Origin: Histomonas meleagridis 2922-C6/04-290x | Taxonomy: Eukaryota; Protista; Parabasalia | NCBI GenBank assembly: GCA_020184695.1 | Contig: JAANOX010000104.1 | Coordinates: forward strand, 62,001-126,000 | Length of the DNA stretch: 64,000 bases | Reading direction: 5' to 3' | Shown here: piece after piece, positions 54,994 through 64,000 of the stretch | Layout: each line of letters begins with the position of its first letter | Position numbering within the stretch: the stretch's first letter is position 1 | Made by a program: the position numbers and the translations under genes | The notes under the pieces: model-generated | What the model was told of the DNA's origin: nothing | The model's input: only the letters and a program-made list of their open reading frames with translations | Databases searched by the model: none

Positions 54994-56478
54994 ATGGCTT
55001 CCCCAACAACGATTTATGTAGGCGATCTTCCTATTGATATGGAAGAGAGAAAAACTCTCGTTACAGAAGACTTCTTGAGAAGTCTTTTCAGAGAAGCAGG
55101 AACAATTCTTCCAGCACCACAAGGAGTTATAATCAGGCAACGCGAAGATCGTAATGGTGTCCCATATGCATTTGCTTTCATAACATTCGAAACTCGTGAA
55201 ATGGCTGAAAAAGCTATATCTGATTTCAACTATACAAAATTAGAAAATCAACCAATTCGTATTTCTGTGGTAGACCCTGAAACGCGTAAGATTAGAAAGA
55301 GTGGTCTTGGTAATCTTTTCATCAAGAACCTTGATCCATCAATTGAAGTTTCGCAATTACATGAAGCTTTTGCCAACTTTGGTGAAATTATCTCATGCAA
55401 GATTCCTACTGATTTAAATAGTCAAGGAGAGCTGGTTTCACGTGGCTATGGTTATGTTCAATTCCGCAATCCAGAAGATGCCCAACAAGCCATCTCAGAT
55501 CTGAAGGAAGCCACAATCAATGGCCGCCCAATTACCATTGAACCTTTTAGACGTCGCCAAAGGGTTAAGCCAGAAGAAACATATCAAAATGTATACATCA
55601 AGAATCTTCCACCATCCATTAAAACTAATGAAGATCTTGCCAAGATCTTTTCCGCATATGGTGATGTTCAAAGTGCCTATATTTCCATCAAAGATGGTAA
55701 GCCACTTCCATTTGGATTTTGCAATATGACCACCCACGAAGCTGCTGTTTCAGCTGTTGAAGCTCTCAATGGCAAAGAACTTGAAGGATGTGTTCTCTTT
55801 GCTTGCCGAGCCATGAAAAAGAATGAACGTCTTCAAGCATTACATGAGTCATCAGAAAAATGGCGTAAGTCTAACTTTGAGAAGTACAAAGGCAGGAATC
55901 TTTATGTACGTGGCTTTGATAAACAAATGACTGATGATCGCCTCAAAGAAATCTTTTCTGAATTTGGCGAAATTGAATCGTACACGATCAAGCGCGATGA
56001 AAGTGGCAACTCACGTGAGTTTGGATTCGTCTGTTACAAGAAAGCTGAAGATGCCGCAAAGTGCATCAAAGAATCCGTTAAGTTGACATATGACGGAAAA
56101 CCGTTTTACGTTGCCAAAGTTATGCCACGTGATGAACGTATTAAGTATTTACACAACCAACGTGCAAATATTATGGCACAACATGCTGGTAATAAGCAAT
56201 TAATGAATGCAATGCCAGGATCTACATTAAATAATAATCCATTGCCAATGCCAATGCAATACATTCCTCAAATGAATAGCGAGCAACAACAAATTATGTT
56301 TGCACAACCTATGATGTACGCACAGCCTTCAATTAGGGATAAACTCAAAAGCGAAATTTATGATAAAAAAGGTCCGAATTCTCAAGTTTTTATTCAAAGA
56401 ATTAAGGATATTTCAGATGAACAAATTAATTTATTACTTTTGGACCAAGAATTATTAGAAAAATGGTTATCAAAATAA
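54994..56478 (+). CDS. PABP: Polyadenylate-binding protein (4 RRMs)
   Basis: RRM1 IYVGDL, RKSGLGNLFIKNLD, SRGYGYVQF, KYKGRNLYVRGFD, SREFGFVCY. Confidence 0.9.
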   Translation: MASPTTIYVGDLPIDMEERKTLVTEDFLRSLFREAGTILPAPQGVIIRQREDRNGVPYAFAFITFETREMAEKAISDFNYTKLENQPIRISVVDPETRKIRKSGLGNLFIKNLDPSIEVSQLHEAFANFGEIISCKIPTDLNSQGELVSRGYGYVQFRNPEDAQQAISDLKEATINGRPITIEPFRRRQRVKPEETYQNVYIKNLPPSIKTNEDLAKIFSAYGDVQSAYISIKDGKPLPFGFCNMTTHEAAVSAVEALNGKELEGCVLFACRAMKKNERLQALHESSEKWRKSNFEKYKGRNLYVRGFDKQMTDDRLKEIFSEFGEIESYTIKRDESGNSREFGFVCYKKAEDAAKCIKESVKLTYDGKPFYVAKVMPRDERIKYLHNQRANIMAQHAGNKQLMNAMPGSTLNNNPLPMPMQYIPQMNSEQQQIMFAQPMMYAQPSIRDKLKSEIYDKKGPNSQVFIQRIKDISDEQINLLLLDQELLEKWLSK

Positions 56479-56711
56479 AGAAATAAAATAATTAGTAAAT
56501 GGCTTTTAAACCCATTTTTTTCAAATGTTCGGAAAGAATAATGTTCATAATTGGACGATTTGTTTATCATGTGATATTTATAGGATGAAAACATTCATTT
56601 TTTATTCGCTGTGATGGGTATTCAATATGCGATAATTTTTCTATGTGCTAGCACAGAAAAATCACCAAACGATAAATTTTCAAAGATGCTCTTTTTGCTT
56701 CACATTCTTTA

Positions 56712-57530
56712 ATGAAAGTTTGGTTTGTTACAGGAACATCAACAGGAATTGGCCACGAACTTGTTAAACTTCTTCTTGCACGTGGCGATAAAGTTATTGC
56801 AACATCTCGAACACCCGAAAAATTAATAGCTTCCATTGGCCCTGTTTCAGAAAACTTCCTTCCAATTGCACTTGACCTCAATTCTGAGGAGAATATCAAG
56901 TCTGTTGTTTCCAAATCTATTGAACATTTTGGTCATATTGATGTTCTTGTCAATAATGCTGGTTACGGACAAAATGGTACATTTGAAGAAACTTCTGAGG
57001 AATCTATCCGCAAAAACTTCGAAATTAACTTCTTTGCTCCTCTTCGTATTATTCGTGAAATAATGCCACATTTCAGGTCACGTAAAAGTGGTACCATTTT
57101 CAATGTCGCATCTATTGCAGCCTTCCATTCCTTCTATGGCATGGGCACATATTCTGCAGCTAAGATGGCACTTCGTGGAATGACGATTGGAATGCGTGAT
57201 GAATTTAAGCATTTCGGAGTTCGTACATGTTGTGTTGCTCCAGGTCCATTCAAGACTGCATTTTATGACCAAAGTGGTCAATCTGATATTGTTATTGATG
57301 ATTATGAAGAACTCCGTAAGACTCTTCCACCACGTGTTATGAAGTGGAAATGGGAAGACAATGTAAAGGGAGCTCAGCTTATCATCGATGCAAATGAATT
57401 AGATGAAATTCCAGAAACATTGTTCTTAGGAAAAGTTGCAATCGATGTCGTAAGAGGAGACCTAAAGAAAATTAATGACGAAATGGATAAATATGAAGAA
57501 ATGTGTTCACATTGTGGAGCAGAGTTATAA
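56712..57530 (+). CDS. Short-chain dehydrogenase/reductase (classical SDR)
   Basis: VTGTSTGIG, DVLVNNAGYG, YSAAK catalytic motif, PGPFKT. Confidence 0.93.
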   Translation: MKVWFVTGTSTGIGHELVKLLLARGDKVIATSRTPEKLIASIGPVSENFLPIALDLNSEENIKSVVSKSIEHFGHIDVLVNNAGYGQNGTFEETSEESIRKNFEINFFAPLRIIREIMPHFRSRKSGTIFNVASIAAFHSFYGMGTYSAAKMALRGMTIGMRDEFKHFGVRTCCVAPGPFKTAFYDQSGQSDIVIDDYEELRKTLPPRVMKWKWEDNVKGAQLIIDANELDEIPETLFLGKVAIDVVRGDLKKINDEMDKYEEMCSHCGAEL

Positions 57531-57713
57531 ACAGTTTAGTAAAAACTGAAAGATTCAAAATATTCATTATATATTTTAATTAAAATTTTCAAGCTATCTA
57601 AAAATAAAATATTAATTTATCAAAATAAGAGATGTTTTTGTCCTAATTATGCGTGATGACAAATATAAAATATTAAAAAGAATGATTAGTTTCAAAGTTT
57701 ATTTAGTTTTCTG

Positions 57714-60547
57714 TTATGTTGAAGCATTCTCTAGAAATAATTGAACTATTTCATTATAATTTTTTTCACATGCAAGTATAAATGCTGTATTAAATGTTTT
57801 AAATGATTTCCATAACTTATTTTTAAATTTTATATTATTTAGTTAAACATCAAAGTTTTTAAGCGGACATCACGAATATTGATATCAATACCTTTTTGTT
57901 CAAGAAGTAATTTCACTATTTCAGTAAAACCATTTGCAGATGCTATCATTAAAGCTGTCCAGAAAAATAGAAATAATTTCCATATATTATTTTTGAAACA
58001 GGATAAAATAATTGAAATAAATTTTAAATGAAAAAAATAAAAATTTTTTGCATTGATATCTATTCCTTCTTGTTCAAGAAGTAGTTTGACGATATTTGTG
58101 TAACCTTTTGCAGTTGCGATCATAAGTGCCGTTTTAAACAATTACTATAATCTCCAAATATTATTTTTTGAATATTAAACTATTAGAATATATTTTAAAT
58201 TAAAAAAATAATTTCCTTTTTCATTAAAAATGATATCATCTCGTTTAAGTAGTTCTTTAACTATTATATAATTACCATTATCACAAGCAAGCATAAGCGA
58301 TGTTTCAAATATTTTGATTGATTTCCACATATTATCTTAAAATATAAAATTATTTAAAGAAATTTTAAGTTAAATAAATAAAGAGCTTTATCATTGATAT
58401 TAATTTCTTTATGCTTGAGAAGTAATTTAACAATTTCTATATAATTATTTAAAACAGCTATTAGAAGTAATGTTCTATATAAAATGAATATATTTTAAAT
58501 ACATTCGTAAAACATTAAATTATTAAAATAAATTTTAATAAAAACGAATAAATATCTCGATCATTAATGTCAATTCCTTCTTTTTCAAGAAGCATTTTAA
58601 CTAATATAGTATTGCCATTTTCACATGCAAGCATAAGTGCTGTTTCAAATTATTAAGATATTCTTCAAAAATTTTTATGATATATCGAATTATTAAATAA
58701 AGTATTAAATTGGATAAATTAATATTTTTGTCATTGAAATCAATTCCTTTTTTCTCAAGAAGTAATTTTGCTATACTATTATTTCCATTTTCAGCTGCAA
58801 TCATAAGTGCTGTGTTAAATAATTTTAATAATTTCCAAATATATTCATTTAATGAGAAATATATAAAGCAAATAATAAATAAAAGAATAAAACATCTTTT
58901 TTATTGAAATCAATTCTTTTTAGACCAAGAAGTAATTTGATGACTTTTTCATGATTATTTTGAGATGCAATCATAAGTGCTGTTTGAAATAAATAAAATT
59001 ATTTCCAAATATTAATATTTAATAAAAAAATATTAAGATAAACATTTAAAAGAACAAATAAACATTTATTGCATTAATATCAATTCTTTTTTGTCTAAGA
59101 AGTAATTCAACTATTTCGGGATAACCTTTTTCAGATGCAATCATAAGTGCAGTTTGAAACAATTTAAATAAGTTTTAATAATAATTTTAAAACATATAAT
59201 TATTAAAAGAAATTTCAAATAAAACAAATTAACATCTTTTTCATTAATATTTATTTTTCCTTGCTCAATAATATATTTAACAAGTTCAATATTTCCGGAT
59301 GCTGATGAAAATATCAAAGTAAATTTTGGCATTTTATTATTTTGCAAAAAATGCTTAATAAGATATAAGTTTCCAAGTTTGGCTGCTTCGTATATAATCA
59401 TTTCATCAATTTTCATTTCTTCTTTTTCTAGGAATGAAAGAATTTCATAATTATCACTTATAACACAAAAATATTTTAGATCATTAATGTTCTTTGGTTT
59501 CATTTGAACGTTTGCTTGTTGTCTATTTAATGTTACATTGAAAGATAATCGAGTTCCTGAATTTGATGAATTTTGGAATTTTTCAAATTTATTTTCATAA
59601 ATATATTTAAAGATTTCATTTTGATGAAATGTAATAGCAGTATAATACGCACCTTTAAATGATGAATGATTTTGTTCACATATATGAACTATTTCAAGAT
59701 TCCCACCTGCAACTGCATATTTACCTGTTTCCTTTATTTTCGATTTGTTTAATAATAAATACCTAAAACACTTAATTGATCCAAAAAATGCTGCATAATC
59801 AATAAGTGGAATATATTCTTGGTTAATAAACGAATATCTTTCATAAAGTGATGGTTCTATTGTCTGTTTGAAATTAAATTTTGTTTGTGATGAAATTTCT
59901 TGAAGTTTTTCAACATTATCGTTTCGAATTATTTTTGCAATTTCATTTGGATTAACTCCTTCTTGAACATATCTCTTATGAAGTTCAAAATCATTTTGTG
60001 CTAATTCATCATAACTATTCACGAATGATCTTTCTATTGGATCAATATATTCCGAGTTTTTGTTTTCTATTTCTGTTTTATATTGTGCAAAATATTTTGA
60101 TGATATATGTTTAGTAATGTTTTCATGAATTAAATTTCTTTCAATCATTTGCTCAATTAGGTAATATGCTTCTTGTGATTTAATATCAGATATATATTTA
60201 ATAAAGATTTCTAAGATTTTAGGATAATCTTTGCTTATTTCTTCTTCTTTCACTTGAATTATTTTAACATATTGTAAGTATATATTGATTTCATTCCTTT
60301 TTGAGTAAAATGAGAAATATATCAAATTACTTATAACTAAATTGAAAGAATATGGAAAATTCAAATCAAATATATTCATCGTTTTTTCAACTGATATTTC
60401 GAGATTTTCTTCTGTTAGATTTAATATAATTTGCTGTAGCGTTATTAGTAATTCAATATAGTTTCTAAGATAGTTAGAGGCTTCATTTTTTCTTTTTAAT
60501 GGGTCCTTAATAGTATTGATATTATTTTGGTTGCAATCCTTTATCAT
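57714..60547 (-). CDS. DUF3447-like domain plus ankyrin repeats with 9 spacer/codon inserts (locus C); decoded product about 739 aa
   Basis: ATG at 60547, LIDYAAFFGSIKCFRYLL domain; inserts of 80,80,80,80,80,80,81,84,80 nt; decoded frame is continuous to TAA at 57714. Confidence 0.82.
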
Positions 60548-60753
60548 TGAGCATTAAAAATGATTTGTCAGAGTCAACCACAACATTCAAAAAGTTATTT
60601 CAAATTGTTAACAATATCGACTTTTCTAATTATTGGTGATGAAGCTGTTCAATGTTTAATCCTCATGGTGATATTCTAAAAATTTACAAAGTTAGCATGT
60701 CATCACTCATATAAAGGAAACTCTCTTTGATATGTTTATGTTTAAAAAAAAAA

Positions 60754-61119
60754 TTATAATGATTCATCATAACCATCATTTGTGTTAGGTAAAACGCATT
60801 TAGTTGATCCTTCGGATTTTTCGCTAATCGTTCCATCTGGGCATTTCAAACAAGTCACGAAAGAAGATGAATCAGTGGAATTTGAGAAATAACCATTTGG
60901 ACATGGTTTACACTTTTTAGTACCTTCTTCATCAGAATAATATCCATCAGGACATTGTGTGCATTCTCTTGATTCTGGTATTGGACTAAAAAATCCTTTT
61001 GGACATTTAACACAATGATGTTCTGTTCCACGTGGCCAATATTCACCTGATCTGCATGGCTTGCAGTCATCACAATATGCATTACCAGAATGTAGATAGC
61101 ATAAAAACAACCCAAACAT
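60754..61119 (-). CDS. Small secreted Cys-rich protein with GCC2/GCC3 (ephrin-receptor-like) repeats
   Basis: Signal-like N-terminus; repeated CxxCPxGYYS motifs. Confidence 0.75.
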   Translation of the reverse strand: MFGLFLCYLHSGNAYCDDCKPCRSGEYWPRGTEHHCVKCPKGFFSPIPESRECTQCPDGYYSDEEGTKKCKPCPNGYFSNSTDSSSFVTCLKCPDGTISEKSEGSTKCVLPNTNDGYDESL

Positions 61120-61275
61120 TATTTTTTATAAGCAAACGATCATTTTTTATTCAATGCAAAAGGGTACCCCAGTTCTAAAACTTAAAAAGTGAAAATTTCA
61201 CAAAATTTCAATATTGAAAATGTTGAATCATGATTCCAAGCTTTACATATATTTGAAAGCACGATAGGAAAAATC

Positions 61276-62073
61276 TTATTTGCTTTTGATTTGTTGAGCA
61301 CTTGGCCTTCTGGAGCTTGCTTTATGTATCGATTCAAGCTCATTTTGTTTCTCTACAAGCTGGGCCTCGAGTTCAGATTTCCTTTGCGTTAGCTCCTCTT
61401 TTTGCTTTTTAAGTTGCAACATTTTTCTTTGATAAGAGTTTTTTTCACGATTTTGTTGTTCTTCCAATTGTTGCCGCCTTTTTTCCAAAGCATCCAAAGC
61501 TTTGTCCAGTTCATCTTCTGATGGTATTTGTTGTGATTCATTTTTGTTCTTAGCTTCTTGAGTTTGTTTAATTTGACCCTTTAGTCTACGGTTTTCTGCA
61601 AGAAGAGTATGTCTTCGTTCCTCCAATACTTTGATCTCTTTTTGAGCGGCCTGTAGTTGGTTTTTTAGTTTAAGAACACTTTGCTGTGCTTCAATAGATT
61701 CATCACTATTTTCATGGTTCATTTGTCGTAGGGCTTTAATTTGCCGCTTTGATGTATCAACTAAAACGGAATTTTCGGTTTCAAGTTCTGCCAATTGCTT
61801 TTTTTTTGCTGATATTTTATCGCGGATGGTTCGAGAATCATACTTTTTTTGGATTGAAGAAAATGCTGAGTTACACCGTTTTTCAATTGTTCCAAATTTT
61901 CCTGATAATATTATGTACATAGTATCGTACGATTGACTTGTTGTAAAATCTACTAAAGGAAGTTGTGGCATATTAATTTTTGCTTTATTCATCAGGCCTT
62001 CTAACATTTTATCTAACATACAAATTTTTGTTCTGATTTCTGAACTCAGATCTATTTTACTTTCTTTTTGCAT
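61276..62073 (-). CDS. Coiled-coil hypothetical protein
   Basis: K/E/Q-rich heptads; start uncertain (track start 62100 is TTG). Confidence 0.65.
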   Translation of the reverse strand: MQKESKIDLSSEIRTKICMLDKMLEGLMNKAKINMPQLPLVDFTTSQSYDTMYIILSGKFGTIEKRCNSAFSSIQKKYDSRTIRDKISAKKKQLAELETENSVLVDTSKRQIKALRQMNHENSDESIEAQQSVLKLKNQLQAAQKEIKVLEERRHTLLAENRRLKGQIKQTQEAKNKNESQQIPSEDELDKALDALEKRRQQLEEQQNREKNSYQRKMLQLKKQKEELTQRKSELEAQLVEKQNELESIHKASSRRPSAQQIKSK

Positions 62074-62386
62074 TAAGAAAATAACGTTCTCCAAACACAA
62101 ATATCCAAAAATAAATTTGATGAATCTCTCTTATTTTTAACATAATTTAATTTATCTCTCATATTATTTATGTGTTCCTTCATTATTATCCATGAATAAT
62201 TTATTTATTGTTCAAATTACCTATATATTTCCTTATAAAAACAATATTTTTTTAATAGAAGATTTCATTATAATGTTGATAATCTGTTGCATGAATATGA
62301 GCCATAATTTTTGGCCAAAAAATGAAAAACAAATCTGAATTTTAATGTCTTCCATTAAAAACAATTAAAATCAAAAAATTTCTCAT

Positions 62387-63298
62387 CTAAGGATTTATTA
62401 ACACTTGATATTTATCATCATCTTCATGATAGATTTTCATACTTTTCTTCTTTCTTATTGACATATGTTTTCTTAACCAAAGTACGGCGAACACAACCCA
62501 AGTTAATGCTATCAATAAAACAGTAATATAGATTATTAGCTCGGTTTCATCAACTTTTTTATCAAAGCATTTGTTTTTCACTTCTTTGCCTTCAAGTGCT
62601 TGAACAGAAACACCGTTATCATAACTAACGTGAGCGAAGAATGAGTGCACACACTTAGAATAATATTCTTCGTCGTCATGTTTTTTAAAGCGTTCAAAAT
62701 AAAAACGACCACCTGACCCACTCTTATTGAAAGCAATGAAAAATGAGCCGGTAACATCAGCTTCACAATTACTATTGCGACACATAGGTGTTGGAATGGA
62801 TGTTGAAAGCGATGTGTAAAGTGAAGATACTGCAGTATCTTCAGGTCTAATTCCAAAATTAAGCTTGACTTTATGGAGGTTACTTAAAGGTGAGAAAATA
62901 CAAAGTAAAAAAGAATCATCTTTAACATGAAAATTGTATCTGATATATTTACCTGCCATGAAAAAGAGCGCATGGGTGGGACAGATGGTAGAAGGAATAA
63001 CCCAGTATTGGAGATAGACAGAGTTATTGTAATTTATGAATTCTATTGATGTATTTTCTAAAAATGAAAAAGCATAAGCTTTGTCAATCATATTTGGTGT
63101 ATAAGTACGTGAATCATTCTTTGCAATAGTAAACTTGATATGTTTTTGCATATTTTCAGAAAACATTAAAAATAATTCATATCCATCTTCGAATTTTGTA
63201 AGTATTTGATCATTTGGATGAATTAGTAATGAACCAAATTTTTGATCTCCAATATCTATAGTATCACTAAGTGACAAAGTGAGCAAGAAAATAAACAT
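62387..63298 (-). CDS. Single-pass membrane protein with signal peptide
   Basis: MFIFLLTLSLS N-terminus; TM helix LIIYITVLLIALTWVVFAVLWL followed by a basic stop-transfer segment. Confidence 0.75.
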   Translation of the reverse strand: MFIFLLTLSLSDTIDIGDQKFGSLLIHPNDQILTKFEDGYELFLMFSENMQKHIKFTIAKNDSRTYTPNMIDKAYAFSFLENTSIEFINYNNSVYLQYWVIPSTICPTHALFFMAGKYIRYNFHVKDDSFLLCIFSPLSNLHKVKLNFGIRPEDTAVSSLYTSLSTSIPTPMCRNSNCEADVTGSFFIAFNKSGSGGRFYFERFKKHDDEEYYSKCVHSFFAHVSYDNGVSVQALEGKEVKNKCFDKKVDETELIIYITVLLIALTWVVFAVLWLRKHMSIRKKKSMKIYHEDDDKYQVLINP

Positions 63299-63614
63299 CT
63301 TTATTGCATTATAATTTAAAATTTTGTGAAGTGATTTCAGTAATTTACAAAACTTGGTGCTCCATCACAATTGTAGATATTAGTGACCGTTAACACCCCA
63401 ATATTATAACCCGATATGGGGTTATATTGGTAATAAGATAGGAATTCAAATGCTATCGATTTTAATACAAAAATTGGGACCGTTTCAAGTTTTCTTAGGT
63501 TTGAACATGATCAGTATTCAAATCAGGACGAAGAACTTTGTAGGGATTAAAAGAAAAAGCGATTACAACGTATTTCGAAATTTTCAATGAACTGAAAACT
63601 GGTTATATTTTTCA

Positions 63615-64000
63615 ATGAAACAAAGATTATTGGACAATTCAACATTATATCTACGCGAATTGTATCATCTGATAAATTCAGAAAAATATCCTAATGCTGT
63701 GCCAACAATTGGGCGCATTTTAAATCCACAAAATGAAGGATCTGAAACCCAAGGTCACCAAATTGTTGCAGTTAACGAAATTTTTATAGACCAAGAACAT
63801 CATGAGTACCGAATAATTGATGTTTTGGGTCAAGGAACTTTTTCATATGTATACAAATGTCAACTAATTTCGAGGCCAAACGAATTTTATGCCCTCAAAA
63901 TCATCAAGAATCTACCTCAGTATTATGAAGCGGGCATTTCAGAAATTTCCATTCATGAGATATTAAAAAAATCCAAACCACATCCTGGTAAAAAATATAT
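63615..64000 (+). CDS. Partial CMGC kinase, DYRK/YAK1/HIPK-like
   Basis: Hand translation: ...YRIIDVLGQGTFSYVYKC...ALKIIKNLPQYYEAGISEI; runs off the window. Confidence 0.8.
   Translation, partial: MKQRLLDNSTLYLRELYHLINSEKYPNAVPTIGRILNPQNEGSETQGHQIVAVNEIFIDQEHHEYRIIDVLGQGTFSYVYKCQLISRPNEFYALKIIKNLPQYYEAGISEISIHEILKKSKPHPGKKY

Noticed and set aside
63396-63430. Small imperfect hairpin CCAATAT...ATAACCC/GGGTTATATTGG upstream of the kinase
   Set aside because: Short and imperfect; plausible by chance, with no supporting evidence.

Overview
AT-rich, gene-dense eukaryotic DNA. The gene content (DUF3447-like/ankyrin genes, BspA-like LRR surface proteins, Inr-like TCA(C/T)TT motifs, no recognisable GT-AG introns) points to a parabasalid, probably Tritrichomonas-like (inference). 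Ordinary genes include ARPC2, RPL18, PABP, a CFAP57-like WD40 protein, a DENN protein, a 14-3-3-like protein, a MOR2/furry-like protein, kinases, three bacterial-type enzymes and tRNA-Asp(GTC). The standout is four ankyrin-repeat loci that look like pseudogenes in the ORF track but follow a strict hidden grammar. Each 90-nt ankyrin block (TAL...INAKD) is followed by an AT-rich insert built from 20-nt modules, each a ~17-nt spacer (usually ending TTT/ATT, no GT-AG) plus ONE codon. Taking only those codons restores the missing ankyrin hairpin x-[DN]-G-x (KD-RDGW-TAL, KD-DNGN-TAL, RD-DKGN-TAF) and yields continuous, stop-free reading frames. By hand I count 48 inserts and about 187 spacers; 32 of the 48 inserts are exactly 80 nt, the penultimate retained codon is Gly in 34 of 48, and none of about 190 retained codons is a stop. 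Variants lacking one or two spacers (63 and 46 nt), a 7-module expansion and a fully spacer-free copy support the model. I know of no described mechanism for this; tiny non-canonical introns with 3-nt exons, ribosomal bypassing or DNA/RNA-level excision are candidates.
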